Positions 9,462 through 18,021 of a stretch of 64,000 bases of DNA are shown here, one piece after another (the first letter of the stretch is position 1; each line of letters opens with the position of its first letter). The stretch is taken from positions 8,549-72,548 of the forward strand of contig CAKOHI010000001.1 in NCBI GenBank assembly GCA_934085585.1, written 5' to 3'. The stretch comes from an uncultured Bacilli bacterium. GTDB lineage: Bacteria; Bacillota_I; Bacilli_A; RF39; UBA660. A program made the position numbers and the translations under genes. A model generated the notes under the pieces. That model saw only the letters and a program-made list of their open reading frames with translations, made no database searches and had not been told where the DNA came from.

Positions 9462-11240
9462 TTAATTAAAATATTTTTTTCTTTTAGCAATACTTTTTGC
9501 TACTAATATTAAACCAATTACAGATGTTGATCCTACTAGTAAATCTATAACAATACTATCTAATGTTGAAGGATTTTCAATTTCTGTTTTGTCTTCAATA
9601 TTTTCTATTTCATTTTTAATATCTTCATAAACAAGAGCATATGTTGAGAACTTATCTGATTCAAATGTTATAATATTTCCTTCAAGTGTTGTTGGTAACA
9701 TTTCACTTTTTCCATCATGATATCTAACAATAAAATATTTTCGTGTATAGCCTTCACTAACTTTAGTTATATCTTCTGGTAAAGCCATATTAAATTTTAT
9801 TTTATTATTTAAAACATTTAAGGTGCCTAGTTTTTCTCCGGTAATGTTATTTTTTACATTTAATGTTATATCGAAGAACGAAACTACTTTAATATCATTT
9901 TTTTCTTTAGCAAGTTCTTTAATACTTTTTGTTGCATCAGCTGGTGCTTCTTCCTCTTTTTGATTATCAATAGTTACCATTACTATAGCATTTATATCTG
10001 CTACATCAAGTTTAGAATCTTTTATGGCTTTTACTAATGTTTCTTTTAAAGTATCATCACCTTTAACACCAACAATAACTTCTTTAACTGGTTTTGTTGT
10101 ATCTATTGTTGGGGTTTCAACTTTAACTTCTTTTTTAGCTACAACAAATTCACTTTCTACTTTGGATTCTACATATTCATCTGTTACGTATTTAACAACA
10201 CTACTAGAGTACTTTCCACCTGTGATAGACACTTTGTCTTTATCAACTACTTCAACCGCTATATTATTTTTGCCTCCGATGAACGCACCATTTTTTATAG
10301 TAAGATTTTCTAGGCTATTGTTTACAGTTTCTCCATTTTTAGAGGCTAAATAATGATGAATTGCGTATGCATTAATACTTTCGTATTTTCCACCATCTAT
10401 AGTTATGTCAATTCCGCCCGCATAACCATTATTTGATTCAATCTGAATTGCAGCTCCATTTGAATAGATTCCATTTCCCCAATATTTGGGGTCCATGTAA
10501 GGGTCTGTAGCCTTAATAATAACATTTTTTAAATTAAATATTCCTGATTTTGCACCAATACCAATTCCTCCGGTTATTTTTGCCCCCTCGATATTCCACT
10601 TTGCAAAACCTGCAGCATAAATACCATCTCCTGGAGTATTAATAATTGCGCCTTCATAAATGTTTATAACAGGATAATTTTCTTTATGTTTAATATTTCC
10701 ATTAACGTATATACCATGTCCACGGTCTCCGCTACTATCTGCAAATCCATTTAATGTTCCGTATAAGTTAACTGTTATTCCGTAAGAATCTTTTATTTTA
10801 TTAACGCCATTTAATTGGTTAATAAAAATCGGAGCCCAACCTTCTAAAGTAACATCTTTTCCAACTGTTAAAGTACTGTAGTTTATATCCTCTTTATTGG
10901 CTGATCCTCTTAACATTACCGCTCCATAATAAGGGGTTTCTTCTTTGACCGTTCCTTTTCCTGTAAGTGTTAAGTTCCCTCCAATAACTTCAAACATATT
11001 ATTCTTAGTAAAACTAATATTTTTTCCATTTAAATCAACAGTTATTTCTTTGTTAATAAGTATTGTCTTATTGATATTACTTATATTATCTGTTAATATT
11101 ACGTTTTTTCCAGCTTCAATTGCATTAGTTAATGTTTCAGCATTTTTAACTTCTTCAAATTCTAAAGCAAATATTTTAGTTGGAATTAATATAGATACTA
11201 ACAATATTGTACTTAAAAATATTTTTTTAATTTTCTTCAT
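9462..11240 (-). CDS. cell-surface protein: signal peptide, parallel beta-helix-like repeats, C-terminal TM anchor
   Basis: MKKIKKIFLSTILLVSILIPTKIFA signal. Gly/Asn-rich repeat region (GHGIYVNGN, GDGIYAAG, GIGIGAKSG, GNGIYSNGAAI). C-terminal hydrophobic helix plus KRKKYFN. Confidence 0.6.
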   Translation of the reverse strand: MKKIKKIFLSTILLVSILIPTKIFALEFEEVKNAETLTNAIEAGKNVILTDNISNINKTILINKEITVDLNGKNISFTKNNMFEVIGGNLTLTGKGTVKEETPYYGAVMLRGSANKEDINYSTLTVGKDVTLEGWAPIFINQLNGVNKIKDSYGITVNLYGTLNGFADSSGDRGHGIYVNGNIKHKENYPVINIYEGAIINTPGDGIYAAGFAKWNIEGAKITGGIGIGAKSGIFNLKNVIIKATDPYMDPKYWGNGIYSNGAAIQIESNNGYAGGIDITIDGGKYESINAYAIHHYLASKNGETVNNSLENLTIKNGAFIGGKNNIAVEVVDKDKVSITGGKYSSSVVKYVTDEYVESKVESEFVVAKKEVKVETPTIDTTKPVKEVIVGVKGDDTLKETLVKAIKDSKLDVADINAIVMVTIDNQKEEEAPADATKSIKELAKEKNDIKVVSFFDITLNVKNNITGEKLGTLNVLNNKIKFNMALPEDITKVSEGYTRKYFIVRYHDGKSEMLPTTLEGNIITFESDKFSTYALVYEDIKNEIENIEDKTEIENPSTLDSIVIDLLVGSTSVIGLILVAKSIAKRKKYFN

Positions 11241-11269
11241 CTTTCTTCTCCTTACTTATAATAATACTA

Positions 11270-11316
11270 TTAAAAAAAATAAAGTAAATAGATATCTGTC
11301 AATATCTGTTTACTTT
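11270..11316 (-). terminator. strong intrinsic terminator (15-bp stem)
   Basis: aaagtaaatagatat-ctgtca-atatctgtttacttt with one G-U pair. An A8 run on the plus side gives a U-tract on the minus strand, directly after the stop at 11321. Confidence 0.7.
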
Positions 11317-11320
11317 ACAT

Positions 11321-13039
11321 TTATTTGCTTAACTCGACATTATTTACAAATAACTTATAGCCTTTTTGATCAATGTTTGAGTAAGTTGTATCTTCATCTT
11401 CTAAACTGGTAACATATGTATCCGCGGTCAATTTTATCTTTGAATTTTTATCTATTTTTAATGTTATTTCTTGTGCTGTATTATTAGTGTTTATGGCTCC
11501 TTCGTAATATGAATTATTATTTAAAGTCATATCTAATGTTGATATTGAATCAACATCAATATTACCATTTATTTTTTGATTAGTTAAAGTAAGTGTTACA
11601 TTTCCACCATTTGAACCATTAGATCCCCATGAATCTTCTTTTATTCTTAAAAAATTTCCTGATTTATCATTATTTGTTATAGTATTATTTTCAAGGATTA
11701 TGGTTGCTGTTGTGTTAGTAACATAAAATGTATCTCCTTGATTAGTTATAATATTACTATCTTTAGCACTAAATGTTGCTGTTCCTACGGAAGCATCACC
11801 ACTCATTGATTGGTATAAAAATATATTTTTATAAGTAGTTGATTGGCCATTTAATGTGTTATTTGTATCTGTTAAAGTTACATTATTTAATGAAACACTA
11901 TTTTTTCCTTCAATAACAACACCTTCAGATGCTGTACTTGTTAATGTTGCATTTGATACAGTTATATTGGCTGTTGAATAAACACTTGGTGATCCTTTTC
12001 CTGTTGTCTTGTATGTTCCTCCATCAACATTTACATTTCCTCCACCTCGATCAGATCTTATCGCAGCACCAGATGTACCTGATGTTTCAATAGTTAAATT
12101 TGAAGCATTAGTTGTTCCACCACCAGTTGTCATAATACCTCCGGCATTATCACCACTCGTTGTTATTTTTGTGTTACTAATATTTACTGTTGTTTTATCA
12201 CTAGATGAATTATTAGTTGTTGCACTTCCACCATAACTAAATACTCCGTTGGCACCATCAGCTGTTGTATTTATATTAGAATTATTTATAGTTAATGTTG
12301 CTCCATCTTTAGCTATTATTGCAGAATTTGTTCCATAAAAATTAGAATTATCTCCGGTTGTGGAATCTCCACTTTTATTTATTATGATGTTTTCCAAGGT
12401 AACATTTGCTTTGCTTACAGATATCGCATTTTCTTCAGCAGTCTTTGATGTGTATTCTTCATTTTCAATGGTTTTATCTTCCATTATAGATGCTACACTT
12501 TGATATGTTGCATTACTATTATTGTTATTTTGAGTTTCTTTATTTGCATTATCATTTTTTAATACAACATTATTTGTAATAACACTACTACCTAAAGTTA
12601 TAAGGCCAGTTAAAATTATTAGTGATAATAAGGAAATAATTACTTTATCTTTATTTTCAAACGTTTCTTTGATATTTTTCTTATTAAAATTTGACATTAT
12701 TAAATATATAATTAATGTTGATAAAATTAAACCTTCAATAGTAAAGGCTATATAATATCCCGTTGTAATGCTTGATGTTTCTTTTTCACTTGGCATATTT
12801 CCCATTTCGGGAGGAATACTTCCATCATTATTTGGCATTTGGGGTCTTTCATTATCTGATGTGTTATTACTATCTGGTTTTTCTGGTGGTGTCCCCATCT
12901 CATTGGAATTATTTTGAGGTTCCATCATATTTTCGTTTGATGTAATATGATTTTTGGCATAATACATTGTAAAATCAATTGATGCAATTGTTAAAATAAT
13001 AAGAATTACTATTATGATATTTTTATTTCTTCTTTTCAT
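11321..13039 (-). CDS. polytopic membrane-anchored parallel beta-helix repeat protein
   Basis: Three predicted TM segments with a Pro/Asn-rich loop. Then a long Thr/Asn/Gly-rich repeat region (TTSGDNAGGIMTTGGG, TSGAAIRSDRGGG, GKGSPSVYSTANITVSNATL). Immediately downstream of the two-component system. Confidence 0.55.
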   Translation of the reverse strand: MKRRNKNIIIVILIILTIASIDFTMYYAKNHITSNENMMEPQNNSNEMGTPPEKPDSNNTSDNERPQMPNNDGSIPPEMGNMPSEKETSSITTGYYIAFTIEGLILSTLIIYLIMSNFNKKNIKETFENKDKVIISLLSLIILTGLITLGSSVITNNVVLKNDNANKETQNNNNSNATYQSVASIMEDKTIENEEYTSKTAEENAISVSKANVTLENIIINKSGDSTTGDNSNFYGTNSAIIAKDGATLTINNSNINTTADGANGVFSYGGSATTNNSSSDKTTVNISNTKITTSGDNAGGIMTTGGGTTNASNLTIETSGTSGAAIRSDRGGGNVNVDGGTYKTTGKGSPSVYSTANITVSNATLTSTASEGVVIEGKNSVSLNNVTLTDTNNTLNGQSTTYKNIFLYQSMSGDASVGTATFSAKDSNIITNQGDTFYVTNTTATIILENNTITNNDKSGNFLRIKEDSWGSNGSNGGNVTLTLTNQKINGNIDVDSISTLDMTLNNNSYYEGAINTNNTAQEITLKIDKNSKIKLTADTYVTSLEDEDTTYSNIDQKGYKLFVNNVELSK

Positions 13040-13141
13040 AATTAACCATCTCCTTTTTGATATTCTTATATACTATTTTTCCAATCCATTTTAACAATAT
13101 ACCTTATTTATTAAACAAATATTAAATAAAAGAAAAAATCC

Positions 13142-14356
13142 TTATTTTTTAAATAAAACCTTAAAAGTGGTTAACCCATCTTTTGATGAAGCACTGATTA
13201 CTCCATTGTGATTTATGACAATATTTTTAGCTATGGCTAATCCCAGTCCATATCTAGATTGGCTTCTATTTCTCGATTTGTCACTTCGATAGAATCTTTC
13301 AAATATTTTTTCTTCTTCACCAGGTAAAATTTCTTCACCTTCATTTACTACCAAAAGTTCAATATTTTTATTTTCTTCTTTTAATGTAACTTTAATTGTT
13401 CCTTTTTCTTTAGAATGTTTAACTGCATTATCTAATAATATTTCTATGAGTTCCTTGATGTTGTTCTCATTTAAATTCATTTTAATATTTTCTTTGATGT
13501 CATAATTTATTTTAATTTTCTTCTCATATGCTATTCCCTCGAATGTTAAAAGAGACAATTCTATGATTTTTGATAAGTTTTCCTCTTTATAAATAACATT
13601 ATTTTTTCCTTCACTTTTAGCTAGTTCTAACAACTCAATAATTAAGTTATTCATTCTTTCTGATTCATTTTTTATATTGTCTAGCCATTTAGTCTCTTTA
13701 GGATTATCTGCTAGGGCTTCTGCACTTGCCATTATAACGGAAAGCGGAGTTTTAAGTTCATGTGAGGCATCAGCAATAAATTCTTTTTGACGGTTGAAAC
13801 TCTCTTTAACCGGCGTAGTTATCCATTTAGTTATTATTTTAGTTAAATATATTATTAAAATTTCCAAAATTATAAAGATTAAAAGTGATGTAATAAGATT
13901 TGATTTTAATTCTTTATTAATATTTGTATTATCTAAAATAACAAGACTTCTTTGATCATATTTGTAACTATACTTTTCAAAATAAAGATTACCAATGTAT
14001 TTATTTTTAAAATTTTTGCTATTTAGGATTTTTGTTGCTATGGTAGAAATTTTTTCTGTTGATAAAGAATTATTAGAATGGTTTATAATTTCTTTGATGT
14101 TAGCATCTTCTAAAATAACTGTATACATAGTTGTATCCATAAATTTTATATTTTTATTTAAAGGTTCTGCGGGTTCATTTTCAGGTTTATCCGGAGGATT
14201 ATCTTTATTAAATTTTTCTTCAAGATTTAAACTATTATCTACTTGTCTTTGCTTATTTAAATAATTTTGTGTATTAAAAATAACTATAAAACTTAATAAA
14301 CTTATCGTTAAAATAAAAAGAATTGTAAAATATATTTTATTATTTAATTTTTTCAT
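13142..14356 (-). CDS. sensor histidine kinase (HisKA/HATPase_c)
   Basis: Two TM helices flank a sensor loop of about 130 aa. H-box FIADASHELKTPL, N-box LDNAVKHS, G-box GLGLAIAKNIV. Confidence 0.9.
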   Translation of the reverse strand: MKKLNNKIYFTILFILTISLLSFIVIFNTQNYLNKQRQVDNSLNLEEKFNKDNPPDKPENEPAEPLNKNIKFMDTTMYTVILEDANIKEIINHSNNSLSTEKISTIATKILNSKNFKNKYIGNLYFEKYSYKYDQRSLVILDNTNINKELKSNLITSLLIFIILEILIIYLTKIITKWITTPVKESFNRQKEFIADASHELKTPLSVIMASAEALADNPKETKWLDNIKNESERMNNLIIELLELAKSEGKNNVIYKEENLSKIIELSLLTFEGIAYEKKIKINYDIKENIKMNLNENNIKELIEILLDNAVKHSKEKGTIKVTLKEENKNIELLVVNEGEEILPGEEEKIFERFYRSDKSRNRSQSRYGLGLAIAKNIVINHNGVISASSKDGLTTFKVLFKK

Positions 14357-15027
14357 TTTGCCTCCAGCTTATAACCTAAATTTCTTACGGCTTTTATATT
14401 ACATGTTGAACCAATGGCTTTTAGTTTTCTTCTTAAAAATGTTAAAAAAACTTCTAAATTATTTGATTCAATATCACTGTCAATTCCCCAGACTTTATCA
14501 TATATTTGCATTTTAGATAAAATTTGTTCTGGATTATTTAAGAAATATTCTAAAAGTTGAAATTCTTTGCATACTAAATCTATTGAATCATTTGTTTTTT
14601 TACATGTTAATTTTGACTTATCTAAATCAAGTGTTAAGTCTTGATATTCTAATACATTTTTATTTGTTAAATTATTTTTTAATTGAATATTTATTCTTGC
14701 TACAAGCTCATCCATGTGAAATGGTTTAGTAATATAATCATTTGCACCATGTTCTAATCCATCTAATTTATCTTCTATTGTGCTTTTAGCTGTTAACATT
14801 ATTATTTTACTTGTTATGTTATCTTCACGTAATTTCTTTAAAATTTCAAATCCATCCATATTAGGTAGCATTACATCTAGTATTATTAAATCATAAGCAT
14901 TGGTTGTGGCATCAAAATATCCATCTAATCCATCTGTTTTAATATCCACGAGATATTTTTCTTTTTTTAGGCTTGCTTTTATGGCATCTGCTAAATTAAA
15001 TTCGTCTTCAATAATTAAAATTCGCAT
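14353..15027 (-). CDS. OmpR-family response regulator
   Basis: Receiver domain (DLIILDVMLPNMDG, ...LTAKS) plus a C-terminal winged-helix domain. There is a 4-nt overlap with the kinase gene. Confidence 0.92.
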   Translation of the reverse strand: MRILIIEDEFNLADAIKASLKKEKYLVDIKTDGLDGYFDATTNAYDLIILDVMLPNMDGFEILKKLREDNITSKIIMLTAKSTIEDKLDGLEHGANDYITKPFHMDELVARINIQLKNNLTNKNVLEYQDLTLDLDKSKLTCKKTNDSIDLVCKEFQLLEYFLNNPEQILSKMQIYDKVWGIDSDIESNNLEVFLTFLRRKLKAIGSTCNIKAVRNLGYKLEAK

Positions 15028-15144
15028 AGAATCACTCCCTTTGTTTATATAATCATACTAAAATTAAGTGAAAATTAAATGATTATTGTTTTTAAATTTT
15101 TAATTGTTTTAAAAAGGATATGAACTTAATTCATACCCTTTAAA

Positions 15145-16407
15145 TTATTTTATTTTTCTAGCTTCAAGATAATATCTTTTGTCATAAGAATGTCCCATTG
15201 AGAATGTTTTTCTAGGTAATGAGCCATCTAAAATAACTGTTTTAAATAATTCGCTCTTTGGCATTGCATCAAATATGAAGCCAACATTGTTATCATTTTT
15301 GTGTGTTAGTTCTTTAGTTACATCTTCACCATGTATATAATCAACTTTTCCAGCATTTTCTTTTAAATATTCATCTAAAAACATTTGAATTGATCCAACA
15401 GCAATATTTGATTTTGGATTTTCTATATACCATACTTCATCAATATCTTTAGTGATTATTTCAAATTTTTCTCCTTTACCTTCCTTGTTTATTCTATAAT
15501 ATTCTTTTAATTTATTTACTAGATCTTCTGGATTAGTATCGAAAACTACTCTATTTATAGCTTCAAATTCTAATGCTTCACTATGTAAATTTACAATTTC
15601 TACTAGAGCATAACGAGCAGGATGATTCAAGTACTCTTCTTCTTTCATAGTTTTCTTTAAACTTTCATAACAGGCTTTAGCTGTTGCTAATGAATGGTTA
15701 CCATCTCCCATTGCAAATAATAAAACACCTTTATCTTTAACATCGTATTTTTCATTAAATGTTGTTTGATCTGCTAAAAGTTCTAATTTTTTATCAATTT
15801 CATCCATGGTTTCATTATTTAAAAGATATCCTTTTATATGACCACCATTTTTCATTAAATCAAAATCATAAACTACATCTTTTTCAGATACTTTTGTTTT
15901 TAAACTTTCAATAATATCTTTTTTATCATCATCAATTAAAATCATTATGTGAGGCAATTCTAAAGGAGCATTTTCTCTGATCTTTACACGAGGTGGAATT
16001 CTTTCAATTACTGTTTTTTCTGTAGCTCTGATCGGAGTTTGGCTACCAACTTCATAATTATATCCTTCAAGGTCTACAATTCCCATTACTCCTTCACGTA
16101 CTTTGCCATCTTGTCCAGTTCTTTCTAGATAAATCATACTGTCTTTATATTCTTTAAAGAAATCTTCATCAAGTAATTTTTTCATATTAGAATTAATATT
16201 TTCAATTCTTTTATCTACATCGTTTTCTTCAAGGTATATTTCTGGTAATGTAAGATTTAATGTTGATGGATTATTACCAACAATTCTTTCTACATCACTC
16301 CAATATTCTGGTTCACTTGTATATTGGTCACAAGCTACTACACTCCATTTTGTCATATCTGTATTTTTTGGAAGTAGTATATTTCCTCTTTTAAAAGGCA
16401 CGTTCAT
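15145..16407 (-). CDS. DUF1015-family protein
   Basis: 420 aa. N-terminal ...KWSVVACDQYTSEPEYW... and overall length resemble DUF1015 proteins of Firmicutes. Assigned from memory of the family only. Confidence 0.5.
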   Translation of the reverse strand: MNVPFKRGNILLPKNTDMTKWSVVACDQYTSEPEYWSDVERIVGNNPSTLNLTLPEIYLEENDVDKRIENINSNMKKLLDEDFFKEYKDSMIYLERTGQDGKVREGVMGIVDLEGYNYEVGSQTPIRATEKTVIERIPPRVKIRENAPLELPHIMILIDDDKKDIIESLKTKVSEKDVVYDFDLMKNGGHIKGYLLNNETMDEIDKKLELLADQTTFNEKYDVKDKGVLLFAMGDGNHSLATAKACYESLKKTMKEEEYLNHPARYALVEIVNLHSEALEFEAINRVVFDTNPEDLVNKLKEYYRINKEGKGEKFEIITKDIDEVWYIENPKSNIAVGSIQMFLDEYLKENAGKVDYIHGEDVTKELTHKNDNNVGFIFDAMPKSELFKTVILDGSLPRKTFSMGHSYDKRYYLEARKIK

Positions 16408-16534
16408 TATATCATCTCCTTATAAAGGATTATAACATAAATTCATTTAAAATTTAAGAAATTTATTTAAATTCTAATTATTTTAGTTCTTTTTATCCGC
16501 AAACGAAAATAAAATAAAATTTTTAAATGTTTGT

Positions 16535-16563
16535 TTGATTTAATGGCTTGATTTTGCTATAAT
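16535..16563 (+). promoter_or_regulatory. sigma-A-type promoter for the small plus-strand ORF
   Basis: TTGATT (16535-16540), 17-nt spacer, then TGcTATAAT (-10 at 16558-16563, extended TG). Confidence 0.55.
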
Positions 16564-16632
16564 AATTTCCATGGGAACTTTGATTGTTGGGTGTTAACCT
16601 TCTTTATTTTAATAAATGAGGGAGGAATGTTT

Positions 16633-16725
16633 ATGAAGTTACAAACTTTCATTTTGAGGGTTTTGGCATTTATATCATTTGATTTGTTATTAATTATCAT
16701 TTTGATTTTGATAATAAAGAAATAA
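16633..16725 (+). CDS. 30-aa hydrophobic peptide, candidate type I toxin
   Basis: Not in the ORF track. GAGGGAGG sits 7 nt before the ATG. MKLQTFILRVLAFISFDLLLIIILILIIKK is a single TM helix with a KK tail. It has its own promoter and a perfect terminator hairpin. Confidence 0.5.
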   Translation: MKLQTFILRVLAFISFDLLLIIILILIIKK

Positions 16726-16825
16726 TACCCAATCAAGCTTGATTGGGTAAAACCTAAATATATGGCTGACACTCAACGTGCAAAATCGAAGTGTCCCATT
16801 TTTATTTTATGCAAATTTCTTTGCT
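16715..16825 (-). ncRNA. candidate convergent antisense sRNA (antitoxin) overlapping the 3' end of the small-ORF mRNA
   Basis: Minus-strand promoter TTGAAA (16855-16860), 17 nt, TATGAT (16832-16837). The transcript would end at the 16727-16748 hairpin. Boundaries are inferred only. Confidence 0.3.
16727..16748. terminator. perfect 22-nt palindrome, bidirectional terminator
   Basis: acccaatcaagcttgattgggt, with A-rich sequence before it and T-containing sequence after it. Lies 2 nt after the stop of the small ORF. Confidence 0.6.
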
Positions 16826-16871
16826 AGATACATCATATCATAGCTAAATATTTTTTTCAAGTCGAGTTATT

Positions 16872-17969
16872 TTAATTATTTTGTTGATATTTTGTTATGT
16901 CATTTACTCTCATTGCAAAATAAGGAATATCTTTTTTATTTTCTTTTAAGAATAATGCAAATGTATCGTCAATGTTAAAGTGTCTTATTTCTGTTATATC
17001 TCCACTAGCTGTTTTTACAGCATCTAATCCAGCTTCACTTTTTACTTTGCCACCTTTTTCATTTATTTGAAATTCAATACTTTGCATTGCTTTTTCAATG
17101 ACGCATGTATCTTCATCTTGAGCCTTAAATGGTTTGTTTTCAAGTTCTGTAAATTCTTTTTTTACTTTAAAATCCATATATGGAGCTTTAAAATTTTCTT
17201 CATCTAATAACGATTTTGAACCTTTATATTTCTCTTTTTCTTTTAAAAGATTTTCATATATTTCATTAAATGTTACTCCTTTTGGATTCTTATAGAATAT
17301 TAATTCATCATTATCTTTGGTTGATATTGATATAGCAAAATCATCTTCATTATTATAAAACAATACTTTTATTTGTGATCTAACTTTGTCTTTAGATTTT
17401 TCGTCAGTTCCAAAATATTTTATATCCTTAATATCTTTAAATGAACCTTTTTCTAACTCTTTAAATTTGTAATTATATTCAAATTCACGATAGAGCATTG
17501 AATAGAAAAAATATCTTTTACTATCTGGATCATCATCATTATTTAAACTTTTTTCATCCCAATCAAAGTCATTTATAATATCACTTGTTTGATTAAATTT
17601 TTCTTTTATACCTTTTTCAATTTCATCTTTTAATTCTAGTGTTTTTAAACCATATTTTTTGTAATAATAATCTTCACTTATCATTTTGTCTGTAAAATAT
17701 TCTTTGTTTAAATTATCTACCATTTTGCTTTTTTCTTCAAAAACAATGTCTTGCTTTACAAGTTCGTTTTTAAAATCATTCCATACAAGTTGAAATGTTG
17801 GACTCCATGCTGTATCAGTTGTTATTTCGTCATACATTGTTGGAACTACGGTTATTCCTTTTGTTTCTTTTAATGCCTTATTGTTATCATTCTTGTAGAT
17901 TACTCCGATAACAATTGCTATAGTTACTACACCTACTAAAATTGTTTTAATAATCATTTCTTTTTTCAT
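16872..17969 (-). CDS. membrane-anchored serpin-like protein (divergent)
   Basis: N-terminal TM anchor. The C-terminus ...INEKGGKVKSEAGLDAVKTASGD...FNIDDTFALFLKE resembles the serpin hinge and reactive loop. It is a near-match to the serpin signature, with two mismatches. Confidence 0.4.
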   Translation of the reverse strand: MKKEMIIKTILVGVVTIAIVIGVIYKNDNNKALKETKGITVVPTMYDEITTDTAWSPTFQLVWNDFKNELVKQDIVFEEKSKMVDNLNKEYFTDKMISEDYYYKKYGLKTLELKDEIEKGIKEKFNQTSDIINDFDWDEKSLNNDDDPDSKRYFFYSMLYREFEYNYKFKELEKGSFKDIKDIKYFGTDEKSKDKVRSQIKVLFYNNEDDFAISISTKDNDELIFYKNPKGVTFNEIYENLLKEKEKYKGSKSLLDEENFKAPYMDFKVKKEFTELENKPFKAQDEDTCVIEKAMQSIEFQINEKGGKVKSEAGLDAVKTASGDITEIRHFNIDDTFALFLKENKKDIPYFAMRVNDITKYQQNN

Positions 17970-18021
17970 ATTTTCTCCTTATAATTATAATAACATAATT
18001 TAAGAATCATTCAAATCTTTT

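Noticed and set aside
16557-16772. 71-aa minus-strand ORF in the DUF1015 / serpin-like intergenic region
   Set aside because: It has a GTG start without an RBS. The region is better explained by the plus-strand promoter, RBS, 30-aa ORF and terminator unit, plus a convergent sRNA.
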